Positions 1 through 14,213 of a stretch of DNA of 64,000 nucleotides are shown one piece after another. The notes beneath the pieces were generated by a model. That model saw only the letters and a list, made by a program, of their open reading frames with translations. It was not told the origin of the DNA and did no database searches. The stretch spans positions 36,954,001 to 37,018,000 of the forward strand of contig NC_087251.1 of NCBI RefSeq assembly GCF_037042905.1, read 5' to 3'. The position numbers and the translations under genes are program-made. This DNA is from Lytechinus pictus (Eukaryota). Numbering within the stretch: position 1 is the stretch's first letter; each line of letters starts with the position of its first letter.

Positions 1-2564
1 CTACTCAGCCGGTCGGCATGGTGAGCTTGATAGGCGTTGGGTCGGGCCGCTGAAGCTCCCCGTGCCGCGCTCCGAACCTAGCGCATTAATAGCTCGAAGC
101 TAGGTAGCACTAGCTCGATCGAAAGAATGGATATTAAGAATAACATGATGCGCATGCACTTCACACGGCTGCTAAGTAGAGATATGTATTGGCTGCTATT
201 ATCTAAAGGTAATTAGTTCCAAAGACCCTCATTATCTGATGCGGTCAGTTCCAGAGCATTGCATTATTAGCAATTGTTGATCCTAGGGTAGTCAGGAGAC
301 CACCATTTTAATACCAAGGTTTAGTTCAAGAGCCCCCTATTTTTGTCTTTGGTGTGGCGCATAGGTATCATTTTGTAATCCAAGTGCCCCCCCTTTCCCC
401 GGAATATGTTATTATCCTGTTCCTGAATTACATTAAACATGGGAAATAATGTTTGATAAATATTCTTCACAAGAATAAAACACAATTGCCAAAGTCGTCA
501 TACTGCCACATCTTATGAAATTATATTAAGGTCTCTATTCATTTATTCTAATTTGGAGGAGGGTGCACGCCAGGGGATGGGGTATATTATCAAATATTTT
601 TTTTGTTTTTTTTGTTTTACTTCTCTCCATCTCAACAAGATTGCTACAGAAAAAAGCCCTAACTCTTCTAGCAATATACAAAATGTTTGTTTTGACATAG
701 TGTAGTAGTACATAAAAGATAATGTAATGACATGTCATGATATACTGATCATTTTCCTAAGAGCCATTTCTCTGTCTTCTTCCCCTGGTGCCCCAGATTC
801 TGATGTCTTCCCTCAAATATCAACCCAACCTTCGATGCCACTATAATGGGAAATAAATTTATGGCGGTTGAGTATGACAACGACGACCACATCGATTACC
901 ATGGAACTCATCACACACCCAGGCAGCCAGATTAGCGATGGATACAGAAATGATGAAGGAGGCATATATCTATTTTGTAAAAGGGTGTTGCAAGAAACTT
1001 CCAATTGATTGCAAGTCATTTTCAGGTCCCAAAATCATTTGACACGCATTTCATTGCAATTTTGCAATTGATTGATGGTTTCCTCCTTGTATCAACAAAA
1101 TTGATTTGCTTTACTTAAAATTGATCTATCGATTGTCAATATGCATCTGAACTTTGCAATTGATTTATTGTCAGTAATTTCTTGCAACACCCCAAAGCAA
1201 TACTGTCAAATCTTCTATTAAGTCCACCCAAGAGGAGCAGGAGAAAGGTGGCCACTAAAGTCAGGTGGTCTTACAGACAGGTTATATCACAAATTCCTTT
1301 CTAATCAGAGACAATTTTTGTTGCCACTTAAGTCAGGTTTTTTATTATACATGAAGATAGGTGGCCACTATGAGAGATTTAACTGTACCTCGAAATGTCA
1401 AAAAATTTACCTCCAATTTTGATAATATTGTCAGTGTTATATTTGTTTGATTTTCTCAAGCTATTTGAATAAACTCATTAATGATTGATTTTATAGACTT
1501 TTAATAGTGAGGGCTTGAAAGTATATCACATTTTGGGGTGTTGCTTGACATTTTGGTTGGGGGTGTAAGACCAACGCATATATCATATTAAAGAAAAAGG
1601 AAAATCCTTCAAAGATTAAAAAAGTTATTTGAATTTTTTTTTAATTTGTGACGTCATATACATGTTTATATATGGCCCATATAAAATGCATGAATTTCAA
1701 TTTTATGACTTTAAAAAATCTTTCAGAAGCGGGTGTGAAATAATTAATCTGTTATACAGATGGTACAATAATATCCATTGGTGGCACGCTATGAATTATC
1801 CAAGAGAGAAAAAAGAAGCATGACATCATCTTTTAAATCATACCCCCCCAAAAAAAAAAAAAAATTACCATAGTGTCACTCCTGAATATTACTCTTTATG
1901 ATTTATTTTCTCTTTGACACTGGTTGCAAATTGATTTTGAAATCTAAATGTTGTACTTGTATACAAAAAAAAAAGCTCTTTCACTGCTCCAAGCCTCGAG
2001 AACAATCGGTTTGAGTACTATTCTTAGTGTTAATATCCAACTGGGACTTCAAGTATGCCTAACAGAAGACAATTCATGGACTGACATAGTAATACACCCA
2101 GCTCATGACGTAGCACATCTTATTCTCTTAATCCCCCAGCCCCTTATGGCTGCCATATAGGTTACAGTGTTTTTGAAGTTGAATTCTCTTTCTCAATGTG
2201 CATTATTCTACAAAAATATTTTTTTTAAATACCAATTATTTTGTGTGTGTTCAGAATATTTAAATTCCACCAATTTGCCTTCGTAAATTAAAATGTTTAT
2301 ATTTTCATGATGTATTTTTAAGTCCAGTCAAAATAAAACAAAATGAAGATTGTTAATATTCAAAATATGCTGCTGCTCACTTGGACCATCTTTATTGCTG
2401 GTCTACTTTTCATAAACATTCCTGAAACAAATAGCCAGTGATTTTTTTTATGACTGCGTATTAAAAGTTACTGAAATCATTGCATCTGATTGGCTCAGAG
2501 CAAATTTGATGTTTCATGAAACCACCCTAGACCATATGGCTGTTTTAAAGACTAAATACTACTG

Positions 2565-2902
2565 TGAAAGTCCATCCCAATAAAGAGTTGATTTGAATTG
2601 TATGAATAATACAATAAGCGAGGAATCTCACTGTGTTTCACTTTATATTGAAGATAAAATGAAGATATTTCATATTTCAAATATTAACATACAAAAGAAA
2701 TAGTGATTGTATGATGTCATCGATTCCCTCATTCGTATCCCAACCAGGATTTGCAATATAACTCTCGTGTGAAATTAATAAAAACTTACAATTTCATACC
2801 TTTCTCATTTTAGATCCGTTTTGAATGAAATTTTCAACGTTACACTTTGATTTGACTTTCTCTTTTAATTCAAACCAACTTCTGGTTGGGGTGGACTTTT
2901 AA
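2565..2902. mobile_element. Kolobok-like MITE
   Basis: AAGTCCATCCCAA...TTGGGGTGGACTTTTAA. Confidence 0.6.
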
Positions 2903-4299
2903 GAGTTGCACGGTATTCAGATTCTCTATTTATGACATGGCTGGGGTCCGTTTCATAAAGCTGATCCAAACTTTTGACTGGACTTTTTGTTAAATAAATG
3001 ACACTGTCTGATTTTTTCTCGGGTGTATTTATTTGTTGTTTATTGTCTAAATATTCTCCTTGTCAAACTCCTCTCAGTTTTCTATATCCCATGTTGTTAC
3101 TTTCCATTCATCATCATCTTGCTCATCTTTAACTACACGTTCAATAATTTGTCATTTTCTCTTTGATAATTAGTTACAAACACCATCTTCCTATCCTTGT
3201 TCAGTTAATCTTAGACTTAAAAAAAAATCTAGATTCTGGAGCCAAGTATATAAATATGTGATTTATTCACATTGACTGTTATGTTTAGTTGTATTCAGGG
3301 TATCGCTAAAGTGTTCCAAACATGAGTTTGGTTGTTATCTATTCATATATAAAAAAAAGTTCAGAGTTAGGACAAGATAGAAACATATAAGTGACTTTCT
3401 GTGAAAACTCTTTTGCTATTTGTTATTTACATGAATATAGGTTTCCAATTAATAATGATAATGATTTATTGATAAAGTGCCATATGTATTCAACTAGTAT
3501 ATATTGCCCTACAATAACTTGTAATTGAATGTGCTTTGAGATTGTATTTAGAATTATCCACTATGTTTTTCTTTTTTTATCATTATACATGTGATTTTCA
3601 TTTTAAATTATAACATATATATCTTTAAAATTATATTTTTGTTTTGACAGCATTGAAAATGCTTTGATTCTTTTAACAGTCCCAAATCTCAGATTTGATT
3701 AAGAATTCATATAAATGTATATACCGGTACTGTACAAAAGTGTTAAAATATTGTTATTTTTAAAATGTGTAAAAGAATAGCACAAAATATTATGATTATT
3801 CTGTATTTGTAACAGAAAATGCTCTGTATTCAGGATCATATTCCTTCTGGTAAGCATCTCTCTCCATTCCTCTATCTTTATTCTCCATTTGTCATCATCC
3901 CTATCACTCTGTCATTGAAACCTGCCTTTCTCATAGGCCACTCTCTTCAGCATCCATCTGTACAACTAATTTCTACACAATCCTGTTAACAGTAAGGATT
4001 CCTTTCCATTCTTAAACCCATCTTTCATAATAACCACTTTACCCTTCCCATATTATTTTACTACAAAGATTTTTAACATACACTATTTTTTGCTCCGTTA
4101 TCTCCCTATAGCCGTCCCACCCCACTAACAGACACTGTAAACTCTCTTGCATCCCTCTCGCCAATCACATAGTCATATCCACACCATGCACTAGTAAAAC
4201 ATTTAAATTCCACGATCATTAGAAAAAGAAGTTGGAAAAGAAATTGTGAAATTTGATATAATTTTCTGAATATTATGGCATATGGGCAAATATTAGAGA

Positions 4300-4480
4300 T
4301 ATTGTGGCTCAGTTGATTAATCTCCTTACTTTGAACCACAAATCTGGGTCTCAAATCCCACCGTGTCCTTTGGCAAGGCCTTTTATCTACATTTGCCACT
4401 CTCTACCCAGGTGTAGTAAATGGGTACCCGGTAGGAAATTATTCCCTGAATGCTTGAGCGCCCAGTCAAGGTAGCCGTGC
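4300..4480 (+). mobile_element. tRNA-derived SINE
   Basis: TGTGGCTCAGTTG A-box-like head. Core ACCCAGGTG..AAATGGGTACCCGGTAGG is shared with other copies in the window. Confidence 0.7.
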
Positions 4481-5143
4481 TAATTTTATCCAACACCTAC
4501 ATACTGTATGTTGCGTATTATTATATCCAAAAATTTCAGGAAATCAGATTTCAACAATTTCCCCTTCCACTTCTTTTCTGGGTCATGGAACTTCTGATGA
4601 TCAGGTACCCCCCCCCCCCCTCTCTACGCCAGGGTCATTTACCCATTCTGAACTCTGGTTTAAGTTGAACCGTTGCTATTATTTTAGCTTTCAAATCTTA
4701 AAGGAAACCATGAGAACTCAAGAAGAGAAGCAATCCTATTGGAAAGAGTAAAACAAGAGGAACAATTTAAAACAATTATTTTCATCAAAATTGGTTATGA
4801 ATGTTTTAAAAGTCTTGTTATATTTTCTTTGGGAATCCTCAAATTGGCCACCATGCTTCAAAATCACAGATTTTTGGACAACTGTATTTCCCCATTATCT
4901 TTCAAACTGCATCCTCCTGAGCATAACATATGTCATGGAAAAGTATAATTCACACCAAGTATGACAGGTCAGAAGGAGATGATGTGAAATATGTAAAATT
5001 TGTGTATAACACAAATGGAGCAATGTCCAGGAAATCAGCCATTATGTTTGCCAATTTGAGGAGTACAAGACTTCAAACTTCCATGTATGATTCCATAACC
5101 GAGTTTGATGAATTTATTCTTTTTGATAAGATGGATTCTCTCA

Positions 5144-5533
5144 GTTCACCCTGACAAAGAGTTTATTGTAAAGAATTAAAAAAAATTGGTAAAGGTTTGA
5201 GGAAAATCCAAAGAATAAAACGAGCTATAAGAATTTTAATTATTTGATTTGTGACATTGTATGCGAGCAGCTTTCCTACATATCATATGGTAAAAAATAA
5301 ATGAAACATTTTTTCAGAAAATTGTTTTTATTGTACCTTCAGTATTTAAATTCACAAATTATTCCTAAAAAATAAGTCATCACGAACCATTAGCAGCTGC
5401 TTGTTTATGACATCACAAATCAAAAACTTGAAAAACTGTCTTAATCTTTAATGGATTTCTTTAAACCTTCACCAATATTTGTCATTTTTTCTGCTCTTTT
5501 TACAATGTTTTCGTAAGGGTGAACTTCCCATTG
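5144..5533. mobile_element. Kolobok-like MITE; an uninterrupted relative of the copy split inside the foldback element
   Basis: GTTCACCCTGAC...GTAAGGGTGAAC inverted ends. Internal match to 24743-24899 and 31416-31646. Confidence 0.6.
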
Positions 5534-7425
5534 AATAATAAAATAGATTAATACATAAAAAGGGCACTCGGGAGGTCCAAATTGATAAAAGGATTGGTCA
5601 GGGGGTAACAATGGATATGAAAAGGGGGTATCAATGAATATAAAAAGGGGGTATTCATGGATAAAGAAGGGGTGGTCAGGGGGTCAGTGGAAAAAAAGGG
5701 GGGTATGCCAAGTTTCACAGAATACTGGATGTACACAAATAAGCAAAACTGAAAAGCAATTTTTCAAGGGATTATCAAATTTATTCAAAGAAAAGTGAAC
5801 AAAAAAAAATGACCAGCAGCCAAGAAGATTCATTCAAGTATACAAGATACCATACCATGACCTCTTGATTCAATGGGGCAAACCCCACCCCTCACAAAAT
5901 GACAAGCAGCCTAGTCTGAGCTGGGGTCTCCTTGACAAAATCCCACAATATGTGACATCACTACATTGAGACCTATTTTTCAGTGTACAGAGACGGGCTC
6001 TCGATACTGCTGTGCATGGTATACAAAACTTGCCACAATGAGAGTGCTTTATTAATGATTTCAATGATCTTTTGTGTAGCCAAGAGTATGAAAGACAATG
6101 CATCAACTTTCCAGGTGATTATGTTGCTGGGGACAACAGTTACATTTTAGGGGGAACTTATTTACTCACATTCATCTAAATTTTGCCTCAAAGAGAAATT
6201 TCCTTTTACCCCCTCCCTTCCTCTTTCCCCAGCTACTCCCCTTCTCTCTTCCTGCCATAAGAATAAAAATATATTAATCTCCTTTGTAGTCTTCATTCAT
6301 CCTTGAACAAAACCACATCATTTCCTTTAATCTGCTCCCTTCCTTACAACCATCTCCCCCTCCCCTCTACCCCTTCTACACGAATAGCAGTTAATCCACT
6401 GATTGTGCTCTCTTCCCGTACCTCCCTATTCTATCCATCCAGGGAAGCATTTCATGAAGATTTTGGTCGGTGATTTTCACCACCAAATCCTTGAACAGAG
6501 CACGTTAGTGATGATCACTCGATTTTAACAAAACTTGTCATGAAACGCTCCCTGTATTTGCCCATTTTCGATTATTTCACATCCTAACATTCACTATCCA
6601 TGACTGACACTACAATGTTCTTATTTTCAAATTAATATTTTTGAGTATTATTACTAATCATCATATATAGTTTTATTAATTAAAATTTATATTACATTAA
6701 AAAAAAATCATTGGCTAGATTTTTTTTTTTGGGGGGGGGAGCTTTTCATTTCAAAAGAGCAAATGGAATATATTACGATTTTGCAAATATATATACCTTT
6801 TTGTGCACATGATACAATCAAAATTTCTAAGAATATGGGTGAACACTGCATTCTGATCAAAATAGAAACCAACAAGGAAAATAATTTGTTTTCCTGTCAA
6901 GCTAATTTATTTATTCACCATCATACAAGAACCAATTGTTTGTTTGCATACTGTATCCATCACATAACCATGAACTCTGAGAGATCAGGCGAGGCACCGA
7001 CAATGAAAGATAGATCTAATAAGTTAGGACCTCAACATAGGCTTGTCCTGAGGGAGTACACTTCACATCCCACACTGGTTTATAATCCCCCAACAATCAG
7101 TACAATACAATGCATGAACCATAGTAGTGAAGCAAAATGTCAAATTTCAGAGACGGCACTCAAAAAAATTTCAAAAAAAAAATCTTTCCATGAATATAAG
7201 AAACCATTTCTTCAGCCGAATGGTCATCAAGAACCAATGACAACTCTCACAGACAGCACCAAATAAAATTGCCTAAACTTGTTCCGGACTGGATGAAGGA
7301 AACCACTTCTTTAGCCAAAGGGTCACAGATTGTTGGAAGTTGGAAGAATCTACCAAAACATGCAATGTCAAATCTGACAGACAGCACCCAAAAAATTTCC
7401 CAAATTTGTTCCATGCTGGATATAG

Positions 7426-7989
7426 GGGGGGGGGGGGGGCACTTACATTGATGAGTGGATACCATGCACAACAAAAAAAAAGGTAAAAAGGATGTCTTTT
7501 TCAATATAGGGCACGTTACATACGTAACGTAATAAGGGTGTCAAAAACACTAAAATAATGAAAAAAAGGTATCTATTTCGCTAGGAAAGCTGTTTAGGGT
7601 TAAATTTGCGAGGGTATAAAAAAGACTTAAAATGTTTTTATAAGGGATGTACTTTTTGCCCCAACAGTCAACACTACGTGTTTAGAGCCCGATTGCACGA
7701 GGTGTGGCCGTACTCAACCCAATGATGTACATGTACATGTAGGTAAAGGTAAAACCGACGTCCGAGACAATTAAAATATCACATACTTGTTTAGGGGTTC
7801 AATTCAGGGAAAACTTGCCAAGAGTATCGTCTTATTTCCAATACTTGTTAAGTGTAGGGTTTCACATGCAAATACTTGCTAAGGGGTGCATTTCCACAAT
7901 ATGGAAAATACTTGTTTAGGGTGCTTTTCGAGACCCCATGGTTGCACATAGTAGGCCACTCGTCAATGAAAGTGCCCCCCCCCCCCCCC
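7426..7989. mobile_element. MITE with poly-G/poly-C termini
   Basis: G-run followed by CACTTACATTGATGAGTGG versus CCACTCGTCAATGAAAGTG followed by a C-run. GATATAG is duplicated at 7419-7425 and 7990-7996. Confidence 0.8.
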
Positions 7990-10900
7990 GATATAGATAA
8001 CCATTTCTTTAGCCAAAGGGACACTTTTGTAAAAATCTACCAATCACTGCCCTACCCACAGACTAGAAGATTGATGAACGAACAGCCTAGCATCACTTCA
8101 TGTCAACCTTCAGGACCTGGCTAAGAAACTTCTCTGACATGATCGAAGGAACTATAAGCAAGAAGGAAATAATTCTATGGTCTGCAAATCATGCTTTGTA
8201 TGATCAATTGATCATTGCAAAGAAATGAAAGACTCACAAATTCCCATGAAAGATTTTAGATGGTACAAGATCATTAGCAAATTGAATCATTTAGTGGAGG
8301 CCCTTCTCCAAATATAACTTGCGATAGTAAGCAGGTACATGCATACCTTAACCTTATAAAGCCTTGGGGGGGGGGGGGCTTCTTAGCTAAGCCTCCCTCA
8401 ACATATTCGCGATTTTAAATCTGTAATGATCAGGTCACAACATTTTATGAAATTTTTCTCACGCAACTTAAGACCAAATTCACAACGTGATGGTATGGGG
8501 TTGCAAAGTTAGGCAATGTTTTGTAAGTGCATGTCAGACACGAAATTGGTCATTTAATAAATGTGATTTAATTTGACAAATCCAATGAAAATTCATTCTG
8601 TATGTACATGTAGCCAAAATTCATAAATGTATCATTATTTTTACTTTTACTGATTACAAGCTATTGATTTGAAATAGTGACAACACCCCCCCCCCCCCCC
8701 CCCCCGGTCTATGTAATTTTAAAATAGCCTGGGCTATATATAGGGTGAAATAAAATAATTTCCCCTCACTTTAAGGGATTACATTTCTGAATACCTGAAT
8801 GTGATGAAATTTCCTCTGAACAGGAAATCTATTCAAATTTCATTCCAAAGAGTGTTTCCTCCTGGACACATGTTGACAAAGACTTTAAGAATCTGCTTTA
8901 TCAGAATTCAAACAAGTGCAATGTGGTTTAATAGCTAGAGTTACTGACTAAGTCAGAAAATGTATCAGATGTATGTAGCTTCCCTTTTGGTGACAATATA
9001 GGCATGCATGAGGAGCAAAAAATAGTCTTTATTGACTCTGACTCTGTAATACCAAGACTTCACATTGCCTTTCATTTCATCAGAGTCAAATAAATGGGAA
9101 ATCCAATAAACACAGGAAAATGTCAAATGGCTGGAAAAGACAAAATTGACCAACTGGAACTAGATCCGATGAGAATTCCTCTAATGCCATCACAAAGAGG
9201 CCAACACTCTCACAAGAGATCAGCATCTGTGAGTCCAAGAAGTGCATGAGGTTTTGAAGAGCTGGATATCATGCGTAAGCTGAAAGGAACACCATTCCTT
9301 GTGGTCAGATAGTACATGAAGATCATCACAACATAACCAGATTCCAAACACCAAATATAAAGATGTCATATGCAACTGAAACTACTTTCAGGAAGACAGC
9401 AGTACTCTCTTCAAACACACATCGCCAGTTCCTCTCTCTTCTCTTTGTGCAGAACAAATGATTATCTGCGTCGATTTGGAGTGCAAACCAGTTTTTCATC
9501 GATCTTGACCAATGGCACCAAGCTCCAAAGCCATATTGACAACACTGCTCCATCAATATTTCAAATATCAATAGGGGTCAACTTGAAACACTACTCTGGG
9601 AAGGCTCTAGAAATAAAAGTTTGACATTCCACTTCTGAAACAAGATTCCAGACTTACTTATATTGCTCTGATTGAAGGAGCATTTTTTTTTTACACATTG
9701 TGGAAAAAACTCATTGAAGTGTACAACCCTCATAAAAATGGGTGAAAATTTTAAATCCGAAGTTGAAGATTTGGGCAGACAAACCTATATTGAGAATCTA
9801 CCTTGATCATCACATATCTTAACATTCGTGCAGTCCACAATATCTCTTCACATTCTGTGAATACATGATGGATACACACTCAGCAAACATGAGGTTTATG
9901 TACGTACATGGTGAAATGACTGTGATAAAGTTTGAAATATTTATTCAAATTAGTCTGACCCAAAAAAATAACACATACAGAAAAGAGAATATATATTGCA
10001 AAATCATTCACATTGCTCTATCATTGCTCTGCAATTAAAAAAATCAATGTCTGTATATAAAAATTTCTTATAAAAATTGTTTATCTTCTTAGCACGTTAC
10101 TAAATCAGTCATGGCAGATATCATGTTGCAGCAATGTGAAACAAAAAGAAAGTTAGAGCAACAGCTAGAACAAATAGTACTGGGAGGTATATAAAAAAGG
10201 ACTATCAATGGATTGACATACCTTGTACAGCCAACAAAAAGATAAATAAATGGGGGAAAAAACAGTAAAGGTAAAGAGAAGGGATTACAATCATTAAAAG
10301 AAAAGAGAAAAAAATCCTGATATGGGGAAAATTGCTGCCCAATATTTTCACAAAAGTTATTGCCCTCAGTACATAAACTGGAAAACTGATTGCATTGTCT
10401 CACATACTTAAGGCTACAAAAATATCATTGAAATCATTATTAAAGCACTTACATTGTGGCAAGTTGTATACCATGCACAACAGTGTCCAATGCCCTTCTC
10501 TGCACACTGAAAAATATATCTCTTGGTAGTGATGTCGCTAATTGTGTGATTCTGGCAGGAAGATCCCAGCTCAAACCAGACAGGAAGCCATGTTTGCAAG
10601 GTTTAGGGCCTACCACCATCGATTGGGGTCAACTGCTATGGTCCGTATATTGAATGAATCTTCTGGGCTGCTGGTCTTACATTCTTTTTCAAGAAATAAC
10701 AAAAATCATGAATACAAAGCAAGCATATAGTACAATCAAAGACTATGGGCAGGGACAGAGATTTTCCATTTCAAAACATGGTCATTTCCGTTTCTGAAAA
10801 CCTACAATTCTGTTTCAAACTTGATTTAAAATGGAGATTCTGTGTTTGTACAAAGCAAAGGCATGAATTCAGTTTGCAAAGGTAAACTCAATGAAATATC

Positions 10901-12412
10901 ACATGAAAAGAAGACAAACAAAAATAATCTTCCATTTTGATTTACAGGTATTAAACAGAAAATCACTGTCCCTAATATACAGTACATGTCGGGCAGGTCA
11001 AAACTATTTTACATACAGGTAATAGACAAATTAAAGAGGGGTTTCACAAAAATTTGAGAATGTCTCAATATGCTCTAAAATTTTCATTTGCATGTGAAAA
11101 TTAAGGTATCGCCATATTGGTTAGATCTCCCAAACAGGACGAACTCTACTGAAGATGGGGCTGTGCATTAAACACTTACATGTATGCAAGATTTGAGTGT
11201 TATTTAACAATTCATGAAACTTTTCCCAGAATTGTTTCTCTAGGAGTCATAAACTTTTGAAGCATCTAATACCTATATAAACATAACTGGCACCATACAT
11301 TACTGAGACTATGAGAACATTGAAATAAACTAAATCAACTCTCAATTGCATACAGTAAAATAATGCCTCTGCCATTGAAATACATATTTCATAATTTCAA
11401 ATAATGGCCTCCAGGACATTTGACCTTGTGACTAAAATAATCAAAACAGATCCTCACTCGCATCCATATAAGTTGAAATTAAAGTATTAAAACATCTTCA
11501 GTTTTTGTGAGAAAGAAATATTTTTGGGCATACAATAACCCTCAAATGGTTCTTTACTTATTGAAAAAAAAAAAAAAGTTCAAAATGACCTCTGTGACTT
11601 TTGACCTCATAACCCCAAATCACTGTGCTTCTGATATGAATACATGAAACAAGTATTCAATTATTTTGTTACACCCGCATGCATACACAAGCCAATTTTG
11701 AAGTTGAACCCTTACATGGTTCTTTATCATGGGAACAAACATATTTCTGGTACATATTGACTCCAAATCTAATCAGATTCTTGCCACTCCAATCTAAATG
11801 AAGTTGATCCCTCAAACAGTTCTTCAGTGGTTGCATGAACATGATATTTAAATAACATATTTGTCATCTGTGACCTTTGAATGCATGACAATATCTTCTG
11901 TAATATATTGATTGAATTTTATAGGTTAATAACAAACTTCCCTATACTGTGCATTTGAAATACCCGTTATCTATAATTTAGATAAAAAATGAAAATGAAA
12001 ATGAAAATTTACATATCATTAGATTGGACAGAACATATCAACATTATTCATGGGAAATAAGTATATATAAAGTATTGCAAAGAAAATGGGGGAGGGGGGG
12101 GGTATACAATTCTACGACAAGTAGCTCCAGGGTAAAAAACCAGAGATAAAACTCAAGAGGCAAAAACTCTGGAAAACCTTTGGATCCACTTTTGCAGAAA
12201 TAGTCAACATACACTACCCCCCCCCCCAACAATTACCATTAAAAGGTCTTGTCACATCGTTCCCTTCATGCCTTACATGTAGCTTGCGGTATCTTTTTGC
12301 TATCTGTAGGTAGCCTGCATTAACAGTATCTCGCACACAGTTGCCTACAAGAGTGCAACAAAGTCTGATTTTCCAACAAAGAAAGCATTTTGTTGCAGGA
12401 GATTGATTGGTG

Positions 12413-12601
12413 GTGATTTTTTTTACCTGATTGCTAAGAAAGCATGAATGCTTGTAAGCAAGCAACCAGAGGACCGATGGCTTAAGGTCCCCTCCGAAGG
12501 ACCTGGTACTGAGGATTAATGCCTTACCAAAGGGCACTAGCGCACCAAGTGGGAATCGAACCCGGGTCACCGGAATACGAGTCCCCCGCTCTACCGACTG
12601 C
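12413..12601 (-). mobile_element. tRNA-derived SINE
   Basis: Minus strand GCAGTCGGTAGAGCG (A box) and GGTTCGATTCCC (B box), followed by a non-tRNA body. Confidence 0.8.
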
Positions 12602-13912
12602 CCACAACTTACCTGCAAGGTTTGCACAGAAGGATGTGTCAGGGCCTTAACTTTATCAAGAGAAGGTAGCAAATTAAGTTAACTTCACAAAAAACTACTA
12701 GGCATAATAACCCACATATTAATAATTATAAACTTCATGATAATTGAAATAATTTCCAACCTTATGCACATATCAATTTTTTTACTCCTAGTAATAATCA
12801 TGTCCTACATAGTATGCCAGCAAAGAGATAATAGCTTGGACCTGCTCCTTGGATCTACGCAAAAGTAATCAAAACATATTTAAACACTGGGTTCATAAGT
12901 AGCTGGCATTTAGTTCATTCACTTTCATTTACCGGTACATACCGTAATGGAAATCTCCCGTGTTAGGTAGACGTTTTCAGTCGATTCATAAATTTTCAAT
13001 TTAATGAATACTCAAATCTTAAAACTTAGATTTATGAATGTTTCAGTATTTTCTGCTTCAAATGCTTAAATCAAAATCATGTTATTTAAGATTGAAATAG
13101 TATCATCAGCAATTTTGAAAAACAAAATAAATTTTAAAAATGATTGAAATAAATAGGAAATTTTAAAAATTATAAACTTCACAATTTCGTTTTCAAAGGA
13201 AAGTCTGATAAGAATCCCACAAAGCATCCAGAAACAAAAGTTTGGAGCTGTATTTGAATAATTAGAGCATCTAATTTATGCATAAATATAAAGCTTAATG
13301 ATTAATAATCAAAATTAAGTGTACAGTCTGTAGGTAACATTGTAGGTGACATGCATACCAATTTTTGTTGCAGAGCGCGGTAGACAGCAGAGGTGACTAA
13401 CGGTCATTACAATTAAGGACACCATGCTCATACAGATTTATCAAAACAAGTAATCCTCCTTTGATCTTGGAGTATTCTAAACAATTTTTTTGTGATGATT
13501 TCCTCACCCTAAATAATGCCACAAATATTTGATTTTTGTGAAAGAATGAAAACTACACCGTTTTTCTTCTGATTTGGTAATTTTGATAAACTCTTCTTGC
13601 ATTGCAACGCATGACAGGATGGGATTCTAGTACGTAGCGTCATGCTTATCACCCATGTTTGCAGGTCAAAAGTGGTTGATTATTGTATACTAATCCAGTG
13701 TTTCCACCCTTAGGAAATTTCCTGAATTCTGGGAAATTTATTATCTCTTGGTAATTTTGAGAAACATAAATAAATATCCCAAAACTCTAAAAATCTAAAC
13801 TCACAATAATTTTCCTCATTATATAGCTCAAATTCTTTTTCTGCTCGCTCTTTATTCGTGATTTTGTCCCCATTTTAAGTGTGTAAAAAAAAAGGAGCCC
13901 TTAAGACTCCTT

Positions 13913-14213
13913 GGGGTGCATTTTGAAGTCGGGTTTAACTTAAACTCAAGTTTAAAGTTGTGGTTTAAGTATGGATAGCCAATTGTTACATGAATCACTT
14001 ACAGTAGAGATATCATATTTCAGCTCATTGGCTCTCAAATCATTCATAATTGTCTAGGAAGTATAAATAGATGATTGTCTTTACCATTGAAGAATCAGGA
14101 AAGAGCACAGTAAATATAAGAAACATACAACTTAATAAAAATGTTGACACATTTGGCTTCCCATAATTTTAGCACAGAGTTAGACCATGGTCTGACTTCA
14201 GAATACAGGCCCT
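13913..14213. mobile_element. PIF/Harbinger-like MITE
   Basis: GGGGTGCATTTTGAAGTC...GACTTCAGAATACAGGCCC termini. Confidence 0.6.

Noticed and set aside
1..200. Possible gene start (ATG|GTGAGC at 18-26 in CpG-rich sequence)
   Set aside because: No downstream in-frame coding exon could be assembled, and the window edge prevents assessment.
6763..7266. 167-aa ORF
   Set aside because: No recognisable domain or splice support; probably a chance ORF in decayed sequence.
12535..12601. tRNA gene
   Set aside because: The 5' acceptor strand is missing and the sequence continues into a SINE body.
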